Of a DNA stretch of 64,000 nucleotides, positions 1 through 13,737 are shown in pieces (the first letter of the stretch is position 1; every line of letters starts with the position of its first letter). The stretch lies in assembly GCF_964355755.1 (NCBI RefSeq), contig NC_092671.1, positions 34,730,304 to 34,794,303 of the forward strand. Reading direction: 5' to 3'. The position numbers were made by a program, and so were the translations under genes. The notes beneath the pieces were generated by a model that saw nothing but the letters and a program-made list of their open reading frames with translations, did no database searches and had not been told where the DNA came from. Source of the stretch: Antedon mediterranea. Taxonomy: Eukaryota; Animalia; Echinodermata.

Positions 1-77
1 CTTGTGTGATTCATCAAATAAACTAAAAATAAATAATAAACACTTCTCTTTTTCTTAAATATTAATTTCTTTTTCAG

Positions 78-166
78 GGTATCATCACATCTCAATGTTA
101 ACCCCAGCTGGAGATGACTTAATACCAGCATCACTCTTTGTACATGTTAAGATTTCACCAGATTAA
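78..166 (+). CDS. PLCD: Terminal coding exon of a phosphoinositide phospholipase C, probably delta-like (end of C2 domain); rest of gene is upstream of the window
   Basis: Acceptor ttttcag ends at 77. Translation (G)YHHISMLTPAGDDLIPASLFVHVKISPD* resembles the PLC C2 end (GYRHV.L....G..L..A.LFV.I). Stopping right after C2 suggests the delta/zeta type (inference). Not in the ORF track. Confidence 0.75.
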
Positions 167-560
167 AGCTGTGTTCACACAAGCTGGATACGACACCAGT
201 ATCACTCTTTGTATATTTTAAGACTTCATCAGATTAAAGCTGTGTTCACACAAGCTGGATACGACACCAGTATCACTCTTTGTATATGTTAAGATTTCAT
301 CAGATTAAAGCTTCGTTCACATAAGCTGGATATGACCCCAGTATCACTCTTTGTACATGTTAAGATTTCACCAGATTAAAGCTGTGTTCACACAAGCTAG
401 ATATGACACTAATATCGCTCTTTGTACACGTTAAGATTTCACCAGATTAAAGCTGCCTTCACATCAAACTGAATTTGACACCAGCATCAATCGTAATTGT
501 TGGGATTTAACCTTTCTTAAATTAAAACTGCATTCACACCAAGCTGCATTTGACACCAAA
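125..560 (+). repeat. 71-bp tandem repeat, about 6 progressively decayed copies
   Basis: The motif atcactctttgta recurs at 130, 201, 272, 343 and (variant) 414. Confidence 0.95.
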
Positions 561-879
561 ATCAACTTCTAACCAATCAGCTGTGAGCACGAACAATGTA
601 TTTTAGCACTTCCAAGAATTCAATATGCATTGTGAAGCCCAGATTTGTATTGTCTGAAACTACATAGTTAATTAATGTAACTAATAAATAAGAATAATTA
701 TTTATAACATTAGCAATCAGGAATATATGTAATTTAACACACCTAAATTCATAGTAATTAATCAGAAAACGAAATACAAAATACTACTTTACCACAAATG
801 TCATATAAACTGCAAATCTTTGGTATGAATATTTTGTATAAGGTTAATTAATTGACTGTACTGAAATATGAAATGAAAT

Positions 880-1114
880 CGAACCCTTTCTTTGGGACAG
901 CCATATTTAGAGGACATCCCTATTAAAGGAGAAAATATATGTCTTACAGACCAACCCTTATTCAGTGGCACCCCTATTCAGTGGCACCCCTATTCAGTGG
1001 CACCCCTATTCAGTGGCACCCCTATTCAGTGGCACCCCTATTCAGAGTGGCACCTTGATAATGGGGATACTTTGTGGGGTCCCAAATGTGTCCCCATAAC
1101 AGAGGTTCTACTGT
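880..1114. mobile_element. Tc1/mariner-pogo-like MITE remnant with an internal 16-bp tandem repeat (cacccctattcagtgg x~5)
   Basis: Right end gaggttctactgt. Related cagtagaac ends occur near 30592, 38401 and 61032. Superfamily is inferred from the TIR style. Confidence 0.55.
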
Positions 1115-2631
1115 GTTTACCAACTGAAATAATAGATTTGCGATATTAAATGGATACTTTCTCATGGAGTGAAATTGCCCAGGAGAAAAATGTGTTTAAC
1201 ACTATACCCAACCTAAATTCTGTATACACCCCTATAATTGACATTATGTTGTCTCCCAAAGATGTCCCCCTAATGTGTGGCTATACTGTATGTATACAGA
1301 ATATAAAGATACAATCATTGTAGAACTGCATATAACAAACATGTTGTTTATATTTTTGTAAAATGTATTAGCAATATTTTAGTATTTGGGAATCGATATC
1401 TTTATGTTTTAAATGTGGATGTTGTAAATAAATGAAATCTTTATTAGGTGGGTGGATTAAAAAATGTTAGATTAAAAAAAAACTATTAAATAAATGCATT
1501 ACCAAAGTTGTCTGCATATGTTTCATTCATTGTATTTAAAGATTTTAGACCATTTTGAACGAATTAATAAGTTTAAAATAAAGGCTTAAAGAAGAAATAA
1601 CAATACAGGTTTAATTGAATAGAGATGTTTAATAATAAGCATATTAGCGGTTCGCTGATTTGTAAAACGCAATTTCTAGAAGTGCAAATAAATATAATGT
1701 TCAGCGTATTTTTCAGTTGGGCTCTCCAGCATGCGACAATCACCAACTCGCGCGAGTGACGTCATTTCGGGTTTCATGAATGTACATAGGAGAACATCAT
1801 TATAGAGGTTTTGCATGCGCAGTTAACGGCCGTACATTAAACGTAATTTATAGTGCAAAAATATACGTATATATATACACATGTAAAACAGGGTATATGT
1901 TGCCAGTCAGGCTCCTCAGCGACAAGCTCACCAACTCGCGCGTGTGACGTCATTTCGGGTTTTATAAAATGTGCATGTGGAAACAGCTATGGAAGAAACA
2001 GCGAATTTATCTCATCATACAAGTTTTGCAATAACAAAAAAAACGTATTGTATAAAAAAGTTCTTTTTTTCTAATGAAAGTGATATAAGATAACCCAGAA
2101 AGGAGAAAAATAGCTGTAAACAAATGGTATTTTTAGAAGATATCAAAATCGACTTACTTAAAATTTGGTTTGTGCCAACATTTTATGTTTATTTTCTTTT
2201 CGTTGTTTCCTATTTTAAGAACACTGTTTAAGTTGTTCTTAAACCTAACTTTGTGCAGTAAGGCGTATCCACAGGAAATAGGGGTGAGAGGTGATTTAAC
2301 CTTTGCGGGAAGTGCCAGTGGGTGTTGAAGAAACAAAAATATTCCATATAATAAAACCTAGTAGATATATTTATCTGTGTGAACGAGAAGTTATATCGTG
2401 CGCATGTCATCATTGCAAACTTAGCATACACCATATCTTAAAACAGCTTCTTACGAAAGCTTGTGTTGCGTCAATATGTCTTGGCGTTGCGTACGTACAC
2501 GTGGAAACCAAACTGTTAAGGTTCGTATACTAGGCCTGCCTACCTGCAGTTTGTTCTTAAAGCTTCATTCACACTTGTTCCGTTTCTCGGAACGGAAAAC
2601 GGCGCCGTGCTGAATGGAAAATCATATACAG

Positions 2632-2775
2632 AATTGAAAGGCACCGTATGAACGCACTTTAATGAATAAAATTCCCTTTAATACTTGAACTTTACGTTGC
2701 ATTAATTGAAAGGCACCGTATGAACGCACTTTAATGAATAAAATTCCCTTTAATACTTGAACTTTACGTTGCATT
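2632..2775. repeat. 72-bp direct tandem duplication
   Basis: aattgaaaggcaccgtatgaacgc...ttgcatta starts at 2632 and again at 2704. Confidence 0.95.
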
Positions 2776-3041
2776 ATATTGTCATTGTGTATAATTGAAT
2801 ACGGTTTTGACGAGGTGTAGAAAAGAGTGAAACCAATAATATAGTACTGTAAAAGTGAGGAATAATAAGAATCAAAGTACGTCAGAAATACTTGTGCACT
2901 CATGCAAACACATTATCAGTACATTCTCTGCTAGGTCTCAGTGTTCTGTTGTAAGGGGTAGAAGCTCAAAGACTTTCCAAGTGTGTATTATACGCCTGTT
3001 TTGTGGCAAGTGGAATTGCAATGTCATGCAGATACTATTAT

Positions 3042-3078
3042 CAGGGAGTTGTTATTGTTATCTAATAACAACTCCCTG
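3042..3078. mobile_element. Palindromic transposon scar (P-superfamily-like footprint) with 7-bp TSD
   Basis: 15-bp perfect arms CAGGGAGTTGTTATT / AATAACAACTCCCTG. CTATTAT is duplicated at 3035-3041 and 3079-3085. Confidence 0.7.
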
Positions 3079-5140
3079 CTATTATATAGTAAATAATTAA
3101 TAATCTGCTAGTCATGACGTCAGTTCTGTCGTTAAGTAACTTAAACGTTTTCTAACCCTTTCTATTATTATTGTTGTAGTGAATTAGTGAACTTGATCTT
3201 GTTCTACTAATTATTAATCACATAACTAATTTCTCTACAGGCACATGATGAGCAATTAGCATTTACTCACTAATAATCACCTTTTCTGTAGATTTCCTGT
3301 GTTTGCAAACAGTTTAATCATACTATTATTTATTTGGAACAAAACTTTTTTAAAGTGGCACACACATACAAATTAAAAAATTTAAACAACACAATTACTT
3401 TTTTTTTTAAACTATAAAAAAACAATGGAAAATAAAAACTGAAACTAAAACATTTGTCATATTTGATTAGAAACTAAAAACATAAACTAACTAATACAAC
3501 TACTATTGTGCAACAGCAATGGAAAAGAAAACACACATTTTAAAATAAAACCGTTCAAAGTTGTGATAGAATTGCATTTCTTAGTTTCCAGGCATGGCTT
3601 GTGAACATTTTACAATAACTTTCAAACACAGCATAAATCTTTTTTTTAATTATTATTTTAATATTTTTATGAAATAACGTGCTTCTATTTAGGTAATTTC
3701 TCAACATACACTTTATACACCCGATTCTCTATAAAATTCCTCCAAAGGAATTGGTAATAACATCAGATGCATTTCTTGTATTTCTCCTATTATTACATAC
3801 CGCCCTTAACTACCTAACCTTACATTGATACAGGTGGTACCACGTGTGATACGCTGTATCACTATCCTATGAGCAATGTGGATACAGCACATGCACTAGA
3901 ATCGGGTAGGCCTAACATACGAGTTCTGATATCTATGTTGTTCCTACTATCTTCCTTCAGGCAAAATGTATGAGTTAATTATACCTAGGCCTACTGTATA
4001 CGTATTCCATTCGCCCTGTGACGAGAAAATTATTAATAGTTCTAAACTTTATTTCGAACGAATTGGTGTGAAGTTTGTGTACCCATGAATTTACCAAAGG
4101 AGAGGTTCTGTATTTCGTTTGTGTATGGCATAGGCCTACACATGTAATTTTTTTCCAAATAGGCCTAATTCTATTGGGTTTTTCTAATGCTTCAAAAATA
4201 GATTTAATTGCGGAAATTCATGTTTTTTAAAAGCTTAACATTTTTGTTTTTTTTTAAACCTATTAATATTAATTTTAAGGCGCTATACATATTTATCCAA
4301 ACTGAAATACATCGTGTTTATCTTAAATTAACTCCAATATTGGCCTATGCTTTAATATAAATGGCTTGATTGATATATGAATTAGTTCCGATTTGGATTG
4401 ACCCACTCTAGATCTAGTTCTGGTCACGAATGCTTCTTTTGTTGAGGAATGATATAATAATATATTATGAACTGAATTAGGATTGAGTGTCGTCAGGACT
4501 ATCGATCGCTTAGCGCGAGTTCTTTTATGTTGGAGATTAGATTTTTCACCAAACGAGTACAAAGAGAAGAATAGCGAGGTATGCTGACGTAGATTGTTTC
4601 TATTCAGAAACACTGCAGTACAGATACAATTCATAGACGCTATTTGATTTACTCGCTGCTGCAGATCTGAAACTCACTATTAGGCCTATATGCGACGGTA
4701 GTGTGAACGTATTTCGATGCTGGAACGGTACCGGATCGTCGCCCGTTCGTCGGGGAAATAAACGTAGGCCTACGGTAAATAAATGATGTCTTTCTGGAAG
4801 TAAATATCTCATTAAAATCACGGTTCAAATCAAATTGTGCTATACAGATGGTTGTTGAGCTTTACTATCACAACAGCAGGCGAATCATAAATTAATTATC
4901 AATAATTCAGTTCGTCTAAGTATTGGATGGATATTTCAATTGGTTGTCGCGGTAATTGAGCGCTTTGCGTTTTGCTGCGGAATCAGATGTACACTGTAAA
5001 TGTTCTATGCTATTACAGGCCTAGGTAGGCAAGTAGGCCTATATGAGAGTATTCATATTAATGAGTCGTATTCTATTCGTCTGTTATTCTAAACGGAGAT
5101 CAAGTAGTTTGTGTGTGTCTATTTTGTATTTTTCTACGCC

Positions 5141-6485
5141 ATGAGTTCCGCAATCATTTTACCGATTATTTACGAACGACAAATGAGACGGACTAACAGG
5201 AGAGAATTATTTGTAAAGCGATTCACTAGCGGATGTGTAGTCATTGCTACCTTGTTCATAGTCGTGGGCCTGAGCAGTGCGACATGGTATATGACTATTC
5301 TTGGAACACTTATATTGATGGTTGTAGGCTTAAGCGGATTTTGCATGAAATACTGTGATAGAACGTCTGCTAATCGTGCTGCTGGGAGGCGAGCCATCTC
5401 AATAAGTTCACGCATATCGTCCCGGTCATTAAGATATCCCCCAAACGGCGCCGTCGACGAAAACGATTTACCCCCTGCCTACGATAATATAGTATTTGAT
5501 GAGCCATATACAAGGTGAGGAACCTGCATTTGTAGGTTTTAATAGTTATATATAATCTATTTTTTTAATGATTTGATACGAGCGAATTTAAGTAAAAGAT
5601 AAAAGTGCGAATAAAGTGGCACGTGATTTATTTCAGTCATTCTTATATTATACGGTAATGCGACGATCATCGTTTATAGTAAAGCTTGATTCCCATTTGG
5701 ACGCAACGAAGGGACGTAGCGCAACGAAAACGAGTTAACCAATTATAAGCAACTGTTCGAATATTGCATTCCTTGTGATTAGTCAAGAACCAAGCTTAAG
5801 ATGTACAAAGATATCTACATCAGGGTGGGTTTTAAATGTAGTAAAACATCTTGTTTTCTTTTTTTTTAACAGGTCATACCTTCCTCAAATAACCCCACCT
5901 CCACCTTATGAAGAAATATTCGATGCTGCAAATCAACGACCAGCGCAACATGCTGACCCTGTGCCAGCTTACTCAGCACCTCGATCTAGACCAGTGCCAA
6001 CAACCATAGTTGTACCACGTTTTTCACTCAATCAGTACGACAGACAATCCGTATGTTTATCAACCGCCATAGGCGTTACAATCGTTGCATCTAATAATCA
6101 TACTCAAATGACATCGGACACAGTGCCTCCTCTCGATGCTTTTAATTATACACATGGAGATACAGCAGCTGATACTTGCACAGCCGTACAACGGCTTCCT
6201 CACGAAGTCATACCAGATACACAGGAAGTATCTCCTGATGACGCACAACACACTTCAAGAGATGTCATGTCAGAGACATCACAAAGAGCGACACATGAGA
6301 TAACAGTACAGGAACAGCAAACGTCTCCACCTGAAGAAACAGAATCAGGAGCAACGATACAACCAGAAGAGAATGGAGAGTGCGTTACTTCTGAACCAGA
6401 AGACAATGGAGATTGTGTTACTTCTGAAATTACCACTTCGAACAGTATCGCAGATACAGGCGATCCTAATTCCCCGTCCACTTGA
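5141..6485 (+). CDS. Two-exon hairpin-membrane protein with PY motifs (TM-PY gene A), about 328 aa
   Basis: Exons 5141-5514 and 5873-6485, joined in frame by a phase-2 intron (AG|gtgagg ... ttttaacag|G). Hydrophobic hairpin followed by KYC, then LPPAY and PPPPY, then an acidic T/S/E/P-rich tail. Confidence 0.8.
5683..5796. mobile_element. Harbinger-like MITE in the intron of gene A
   Basis: Ends agcttgattccc ... gaaccaagct, flanked by TAA. Same family as the copies at 54550-54867. Confidence 0.55.
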
Positions 6486-7834
6486 AATCACCTTGGCATG
6501 ACTGCACAGCATAATTTTCTCTGACATAACTAAATTCTATTTTCTCGTTCTAGTACATTTTTACCAGCAAATCACTTAGACCATGGAGGAAATTAATGAT
6601 TTCCTCCATGAATGATCAGATTGTTCCCTGATGAGAAACATCTCTGATAAATGGTTTTAAAGTAAATTATAACAACCCAGCAAAGAATTTTATTTCATAT
6701 GCAGGTCGACACAATTTCATAATATTTCACCCAATTTTCTGTACCTATCACCTCCCCACATAGGTCTACATCATTAGTACGTTTTATATCCACAATATCA
6801 TATTCAGGAATACAGTGTTTACATGATAATCACATATTATATGAAGTTTGACATACGGCCTATCATATCTATGAAACATATCTGATACTGTATCACACAA
6901 TTTGAATACGTTACAATACAGCGACTGTACAGTTAATCGGCTAAATATTCAAAGTTATGTATGCAAGTATTAATCTATTTAAAAAATGATTTTATTATTC
7001 ATAGACAATGCCTTTTTTTAAATTGTTAAACATTGGAAGATTTCATAGACCTATTCCTCATCGTTCCCTAAAGTAGAGTGAGAGTAACCTCTAAGTTAAC
7101 GTTCTCCGATGTTTTGAGTTTACCATTTATCATTGAGATGTGTAGAAATACCTTGATATATAGTGTTCTTGGCAGTATCACAATCATTATTTGCATTCCA
7201 TTGGGTGGGGATACAGTGCAAAGTGAGGGAGAAAGGGAGCCTTTGACGCTGTGAATAATATAAACCATTCGATTACACAGGGTCCGAGACTATATACAAA
7301 GCGTATAAACTGTGCATTATTTACACGGCGTTGTGACAGCTTCCGTCCACTACGCCAATTTCTAAAATGATGGTTGGTTGCAGAAGCTATCACACGACTG
7401 ACTGCGTTGTAAGCATGCGCATATTATATTTTACTTTGTGGAAGACATTGTGTTGAAAAGTTTGTGTATTCTGCACTAATGTACTTTAAGGTGGTAGTAA
7501 CTATACCTGATCTACTTAATACAATTAATGGTTACAAAAACAAAACATCCCGGTTACCCAGTAATTATAGACGAATGCAATGAATATTAGTACTTTGACA
7601 ACTTAGTGGCCTTTTACCGTGTTTAAGTACTTAAATATCACACTTTTTAAACCAGTCGGTTATATTATATAAAGTACATATTAACTACATGGTACTACTA
7701 TTAGATAATTTGTGTTATGTATTGTTTTATAATATTTATATTATCTACATTAAAATGTGTGTAAATACGGAATTTGATGTTGATTATTATTTTAGTTCTT
7801 ATGTTCTGTATCTTTTTAAATAGGTTATTTTTAT

Positions 7835-9110
7835 TGTCACTCATTACGACATTGTCACCCATTAGGTTAACTAATCGTTACTCTTTTTCGTCACGATACT
7901 GTCACCCATTAGGTTAACTTATCGTCACGATATTGTCACCCATTAGGTTAACTTATCGTCACTCTTTATTGTCACGACATTGTCACCCATTAGGTTAACT
8001 TATCGTCACGATATTGTCACCCATTAGGTTAACTTATCGTCACGATATTGTCACCCATTAGGTTGACGTATCGTCACTCCTTATCGTCAGGATATTGTCA
8101 CCCATTAGGTTAACTTATCGTCACAATATTGTCACCCATTAGGTTAACTTATCGTCACGATATTGTCACCCATTAGGTTAACTTATCGTCACGATATTGT
8201 CACCTAGGTTAACTTATCGTCACGATATTGTCACCCATTAGGTTAACTTATCGTCACGATATTGTCACCTAGGTTAACTTATCGTCACGATATTGTCACC
8301 CATTAGGGTGACGTATTGTCACTCCTTATCGTCACGATATTGTCACCCATTAGGTTATTTTCATTGTCACCCATTAGGATATTGTCACCCATTAAGATAT
8401 TGCCACCCATTACGACAATGTCACCCATTACGAAATTGTTACCCATTACGACATTGTCACCTATTGCGATATTGTCACCCATTACGACATTGTCATTGTC
8501 ATCCATTACGACATTGTCACTCATTACGACATTGTCACCCATTACAATATTGTCACTCATACGATATTGTCACCCATACGATATTGTCACCCATTACGAT
8601 ATTGTCACCCATTAAGATATTGTCACCCATTAAGATATTGTCACCAATTAAGATATTGTCAATCATTACGACATTGTCACTCATTACGATATTGTCACTC
8701 ATTACGAAATTGTCACTCATTACTATATTGTCACCCATTACTATATTGTCACCCATTACGATATTGTCACCCATTACTATATTGTCACCCATTAGGATAT
8801 TGTCGCCCATTAGAATATTGTCACCCATTAGAATATTGTCACCCATTACGACATTGACACTCATTACGATATTGTCACCCATTACTATATTGTCACCCAT
8901 TACGATATTGTCACCCATTACTATATTGTCACTCATTACGATATTGTCACCCATTACTATATTGTCACCCATTACTATATTGTCACCCATTAAGATATTG
9001 TCACCCATTACTATGTTGTTACAGTCACCTATTACGATATTGTCACTCATTACAATATTGTCACTCATTACTATATTGTCACCCATTACGATATTGTCAC
9101 TCATTACGAT
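7835..9110. repeat. Minisatellite: 34-bp units (5' part) grading into 18-bp units gatattgtcacccattac (3' part)
   Basis: Directly visible. The 18-bp period produces the spurious ILSPIT / MGDNIV ORFs. Confidence 0.97.
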
Positions 9111-11648
9111 CTTAATGACGAGTGACCAAGGAGGACAATATGGAGTGATAACCTCATCACTGTAGGATGGTAGAGTTGAGCCTCAATTGTATAGGGTTTT
9201 TCACACTTGTTGATGTTTGATTTGACGGCGCGGGAACAGGTGAACAGGTCGGTTGGTCGGTAAACTCAAATTTAAGCACGGGACTGCAGCCATGTATATG
9301 ACATTGTTTATTCCGTTTACAAGATAGGCCCAACTCAATCTAAACTAATCATTGTTTTTCTCGTCTAGTTTAAATATTTAATAAACGTAATTGTACGTAT
9401 GTACGTAATAATAATTTGTATAAATTTTTCATTATCTTAAGTGTGTGTGTGCGTTGGTTGATAAATGTTAAACAATGTTTTCAATGCATCAACCAACGTC
9501 ACTTAAATTGATTGAGCTTTTTACACAATAACATTTTCTCCAAGAAGAGCAGTTTTCATGTAATTTAGTGAATTAATGATGACCTCTTTCTGTGACCTGA
9601 TTGTGAAATTGGTCTAAAAATACAATTGAGAACACAAAGGAGAGTCACATTGTTGGAAGAAATTTAAATAAAGTGAGCATTTACAAATTAATTTGAGAAT
9701 ACACACAAGAGGTGACAATATTTGGACTTTAAACCTTTTATTTTATTTATTTTATTTTATTTTATTCCTTTCGGCAATAAACATAAAATAATAATTACAA
9801 AAAAAACATAGATATATATATATATATATATGAAAAACAAGACACGAGGCCGAGGAAAGACAAAAGCATTAAACAAAACGCTGTCACCGGTAAGGTGTGT
9901 CTCTCCAACACATAACAAATAACAAGAATATATACTAATATAGTAGACATATCATTTCATTTAAAAATTTAAAAAGTTTCTCTCCGACATTTAAAATATA
10001 GCTTTAGAGATAATTTGAAATTAATAAAAGAACCATTAACAAAAATATCGCGAATCTCATTGGGTATGGAATTCCAAGTTCTAGTGACTCTGGTCGGGAT
10101 GCAAAATTTTGACATATCATTACTGGAGCGAAGATGCTTGAAAGTGAGAGTATCATGACGATTATTAACTATGAGTAAATTATAAATAATAGATCTTTGA
10201 TGATAAAGTAAAACATTGCAAACAAATAGAACAGTATAACAATCTCTAATAGCGATTGTGGATGGGATATCAAGAGTGTCTAGTCTCCCCTCATATGACT
10301 GTTCCTGACGACGTTGATGTAAAATCAACCGGGTGGCCCGTCTCTGGATTTGCTCAATCATTTGAATTTGACATATGCGATAAGGGTACCACACCTCGCA
10401 ACAGTACTGTATATGAGGGAGGACTAGACACTGGTATAATTTTAAAATAACAGGTGTAGAACAACCACCAGCAATTGCTCTAACAAGACCCAGTGTTCTA
10501 TTACACTTATTTACAACCTCATGGACTTGTTTAGACCATGACAAATCATCGGATATGTACACACCAAGAATTTTCAGATGTTTAACATGTGCAATAACCT
10601 GATTGTTAAGTACATAGTCATTAGAAGATGGAGCTCTTCTTCTATCGATAGACAAGATGTTACATTTAGTAGGGTTTAAAATAAGTTTGTTTAAAATTGA
10701 CCATTCAGAGATTTTGTTAATGTCTCTCTGTAAGGAAATAAAATCACAATAAGAATAAACTGCTTTACTAATAAATGTATCGTCAGCATATTGGTACGGT
10801 TTATTTTTCAAGTGAAGATTTAAGTCATTCACGTAAATGTTGAACAATAATGGCCCCAAGACTGACCCCTGGGGGACACCTGACTTGACTAAACACCAGT
10901 CAGATTGGACACCATTAAAAATTACTCTTTGCTTACGACCAGATAAGAAAGAGTTAATCCATTTTAATAATACACCGCCAACACCATACGTTTTTGAAAG
11001 CTTATTCACCAGAATGTCATGCGAGATGGAATCAAATGCCCTACTGTAATCAAGAGCCACGACATCAATCCGTGGTGCCCCATTATCTAAAGCCTTAACC
11101 CAGGATGTTGTAGCCTCAGCCAAGACTGAGGAACAAGATTTTCCTGGAGTAAAACCATATTGGCCATCAAACATGTGTTTCACGTTTCGTGAATGGTAGA
11201 ATATAACAATAAAGATACGGACTAAATAACTCGTGTTACTCGGTAGCCATATTTATTCAGATCAAGACATAGCGCCCTCAGTCGGGGCACGATACTGTGA
11301 CATCCTTCCTTTTTTTAAATAAGTTACGGTGTGCGCTTTTATGAATTTTTTTTTTATATACTTATTTGTTATTTAGTATGATGAATATAATAAAATATAG
11401 TATATCAATTAGTATCAGTGTTACTGTTTAGACTTCTTATCTCTTGTGAGTGAATTATTATAAACACAGTATTATCATGAGTAACTTTAACACAACTTTA
11501 ACTTTAACTTCTTTAACATAACGTTTAACTTTAACTTTTTTAACATAACGTTTAACTGCAACAATTTAAAAAATGGTTTGTAACATAGTTCCAGTCTGCT
11601 TTTATTGATTAATTAGTTATAGCAGCTAAGATATGAATTTGTTTTTAT

Positions 11649-13043
11649 TTATGAGTTACATAATCTTTTAGATAGATAGGTTGTTTTTTTATTCTGGTTG
11701 ATCTGCGTGGTTGAGTTGGTTCCGCCATTGGTCTGTGTGGCACTATGTAATTGCTTGAAGTTACTGTAGTTTACCGTGATCAGTTTCATTTTTTCTGCTG
11801 TCTCTCTGCTTAATAGTGGTTGTAAATCTTGTTTGACAATTTGAAAATCAACTGTATATGACTTGTTTGTGGCGTCATTTTTAAGCGTTAGCACACGTTT
11901 TCCTAATGGGATGACTTTGCTCTTGTTATACATTGTTAACTTTGTGTGTGATTGTTCAATTTTGGTACTACCTAGTTCAACATATTTTACTGGTATCACG
12001 TTTACAGTAGCTCCGCTGTCCACTTGGAATCGTATTTTACTTCCATCATTCATGGTCATTTCCGCATATATTGGTCCTGTTGAAACATTGTAAATTTTGT
12101 CTTCAGTTACACTCAATGTACTATCATCTGAATCTTGTGCTTCAACACCATATAGCTTGGGTTTCCGTTTGCATACAATAGCGAAATGGTTCATTAATTT
12201 GCATTTTTTGCACCGTTTACCCCAGGCAGGGCACATTTCTTTCTTTCTTGGGTGGCTGTTTCTACAATATTTGCATTTAGGCATGTTGCCAGACGGTGCT
12301 CTGTCACTAGTTTTATGTTTTCCTGATGACTGAGGGGTTTCATGTTTCTGCTTATGTCCACCTCTGTTCATCACTTTATGAACTTCTTCTTCCTCCAATG
12401 ATTTACCAGAAATCACTTTCATTTGGTTGTATGTGTTTTCATAGCTGTGGCAGATGTCAATACATTTCTTTAAATCTATTTTTCTTTCTTGGAATAGTCG
12501 TTTTCTTACTCTTTCATCATGTACTCCCAGTACTAAACGATCTCGAATTAGACTATCTTTCATGCAATCACAGAAATTACAGGTTTTTCTGAGTATTTTC
12601 AAAGCATTTATATATGTGTCAATTGACTCGCCTTTTTCTTGTTTTCGGGAATTGAATTTATATCGTTCAAAAATGTCATTGGTTTCACCAAGAATAAACG
12701 TATCCAATTTTTGTATGATTTCCTCACACGTGTCAGATTCTAGTGGGTCACATCCATTATATATTTGGAGTGCATCAACACCCATGGTAGAGATCAGTAA
12801 TGATTTCTTAAAATGAGGTGATCGTGATGGATGATCTAGGTTGCTAGCAATGGTATAATGTGTCCAAAGCTGCTTCCATAATTTCCAATTTTCCTGTTTA
12901 CCATTTGTGTCTAGTTTTACCGGTTCTGGGGGTTTAACATTGAACATCTGGACAGGCATTTGTATCGTCGGCAGTCCGTTGCCGTTAGCTTCATCCTGCA
13001 GGCCATGTGCGTCATTTTGCACGCCCTCCTCGCCGTCTGCCAT
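11649..13043 (-). CDS. Gypsy Gag plus aspartic protease (no RT, RNase H or integrase)
   Basis: 464-aa ORF with a Gag-like NW..WK..W segment, double zinc knuckle (CKYC..H..C; CKKC....HFA..C) and protease motif FQVDSGA. Confidence 0.9.
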   Translation of the reverse strand: MADGEEGVQNDAHGLQDEANGNGLPTIQMPVQMFNVKPPEPVKLDTNGKQENWKLWKQLWTHYTIASNLDHPSRSPHFKKSLLISTMGVDALQIYNGCDPLESDTCEEIIQKLDTFILGETNDIFERYKFNSRKQEKGESIDTYINALKILRKTCNFCDCMKDSLIRDRLVLGVHDERVRKRLFQERKIDLKKCIDICHSYENTYNQMKVISGKSLEEEEVHKVMNRGGHKQKHETPQSSGKHKTSDRAPSGNMPKCKYCRNSHPRKKEMCPAWGKRCKKCKLMNHFAIVCKRKPKLYGVEAQDSDDSTLSVTEDKIYNVSTGPIYAEMTMNDGSKIRFQVDSGATVNVIPVKYVELGSTKIEQSHTKLTMYNKSKVIPLGKRVLTLKNDATNKSYTVDFQIVKQDLQPLLSRETAEKMKLITVNYSNFKQLHSATQTNGGTNSTTQINQNKKTTYLSKRLCNS

Positions 13044-13737
13044 GCTGGCTAGGCTGGTCGTATCTATCTCGTGAGATTTAACAGTAAATATCTTACTTTA
13101 CTTATCTGTGTTTCAGTGTGCAATTCAGACTAATCTGGCGCGGATCAGGTGCCGTTTTCGGCCACCTCGACTTATATGGACTATACCATTATTATGATAG
13201 GGGTGTGGTGTATTATGTTTTATGTAGAGAAGGGTGTCTATTGAATGGGAGGCAATACAATTGTTCTGTTATGTAACCTACAGTACAAACTACAAGTAAC
13301 AATACAAAACATAAAAAACTAGCAATGCATGTACTTTTTATAAGGAATGTTATTATTAGGTACTGTGTTAGGGAATGGCAAGATTTTGAAACAATATTAC
13401 TATATTAACTAAAGATATTTTAAATAAAACAAATTTTATAGACAAATTTAATGAAGAACCATCTACTAACTGTATAAAGCCATTTAGGAAAAATAAAAAG
13501 TTGATCATAATGAGTGGTTTTCAAAGGACCAATGCAAAACGAAATTCCATGCAAAACAACGTTAACGGAATATACTATGTATAAAGGAACTCCAAACCTT
13601 GAACAATATTTGTTAGATAAAACTAATTTTAAGAGTATCAATTTAAAATTTAAAGCAAGATCAAACTCTCTAGATCTTGAGGGTCGTAGACAATCCTGGT
13701 CAAATCATAACACAGGATTATGTAAGATGTGTAGTAC

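Noticed and set aside
892-1149. 85-aa ORF; likewise 37412-37683, 47845-48279, 54819-55242 and 56568-56774
   Set aside because: All lie in MITEs or short tandem repeats.
4323-4821. Minus-strand ORFs divergent from gene A
   Set aside because: No recognisable motif and no consistent exon chain.
5775-5872. N-terminus of track ORF 5775-6485
   Set aside because: Intronic (MITE end and polypyrimidine tract); the exon starts at 5873.
7835-8330. CRISPR-like regular repeats (also 125-560 and 50355-50562)
   Set aside because: No unique spacers, no cas genes, and a eukaryotic context.
8293-9165. Long ORFs of ILSPIT / MGDNIV / RYCHPL repeats
   Set aside because: A by-product of an 18-bp minisatellite that is open in several frames on both strands.
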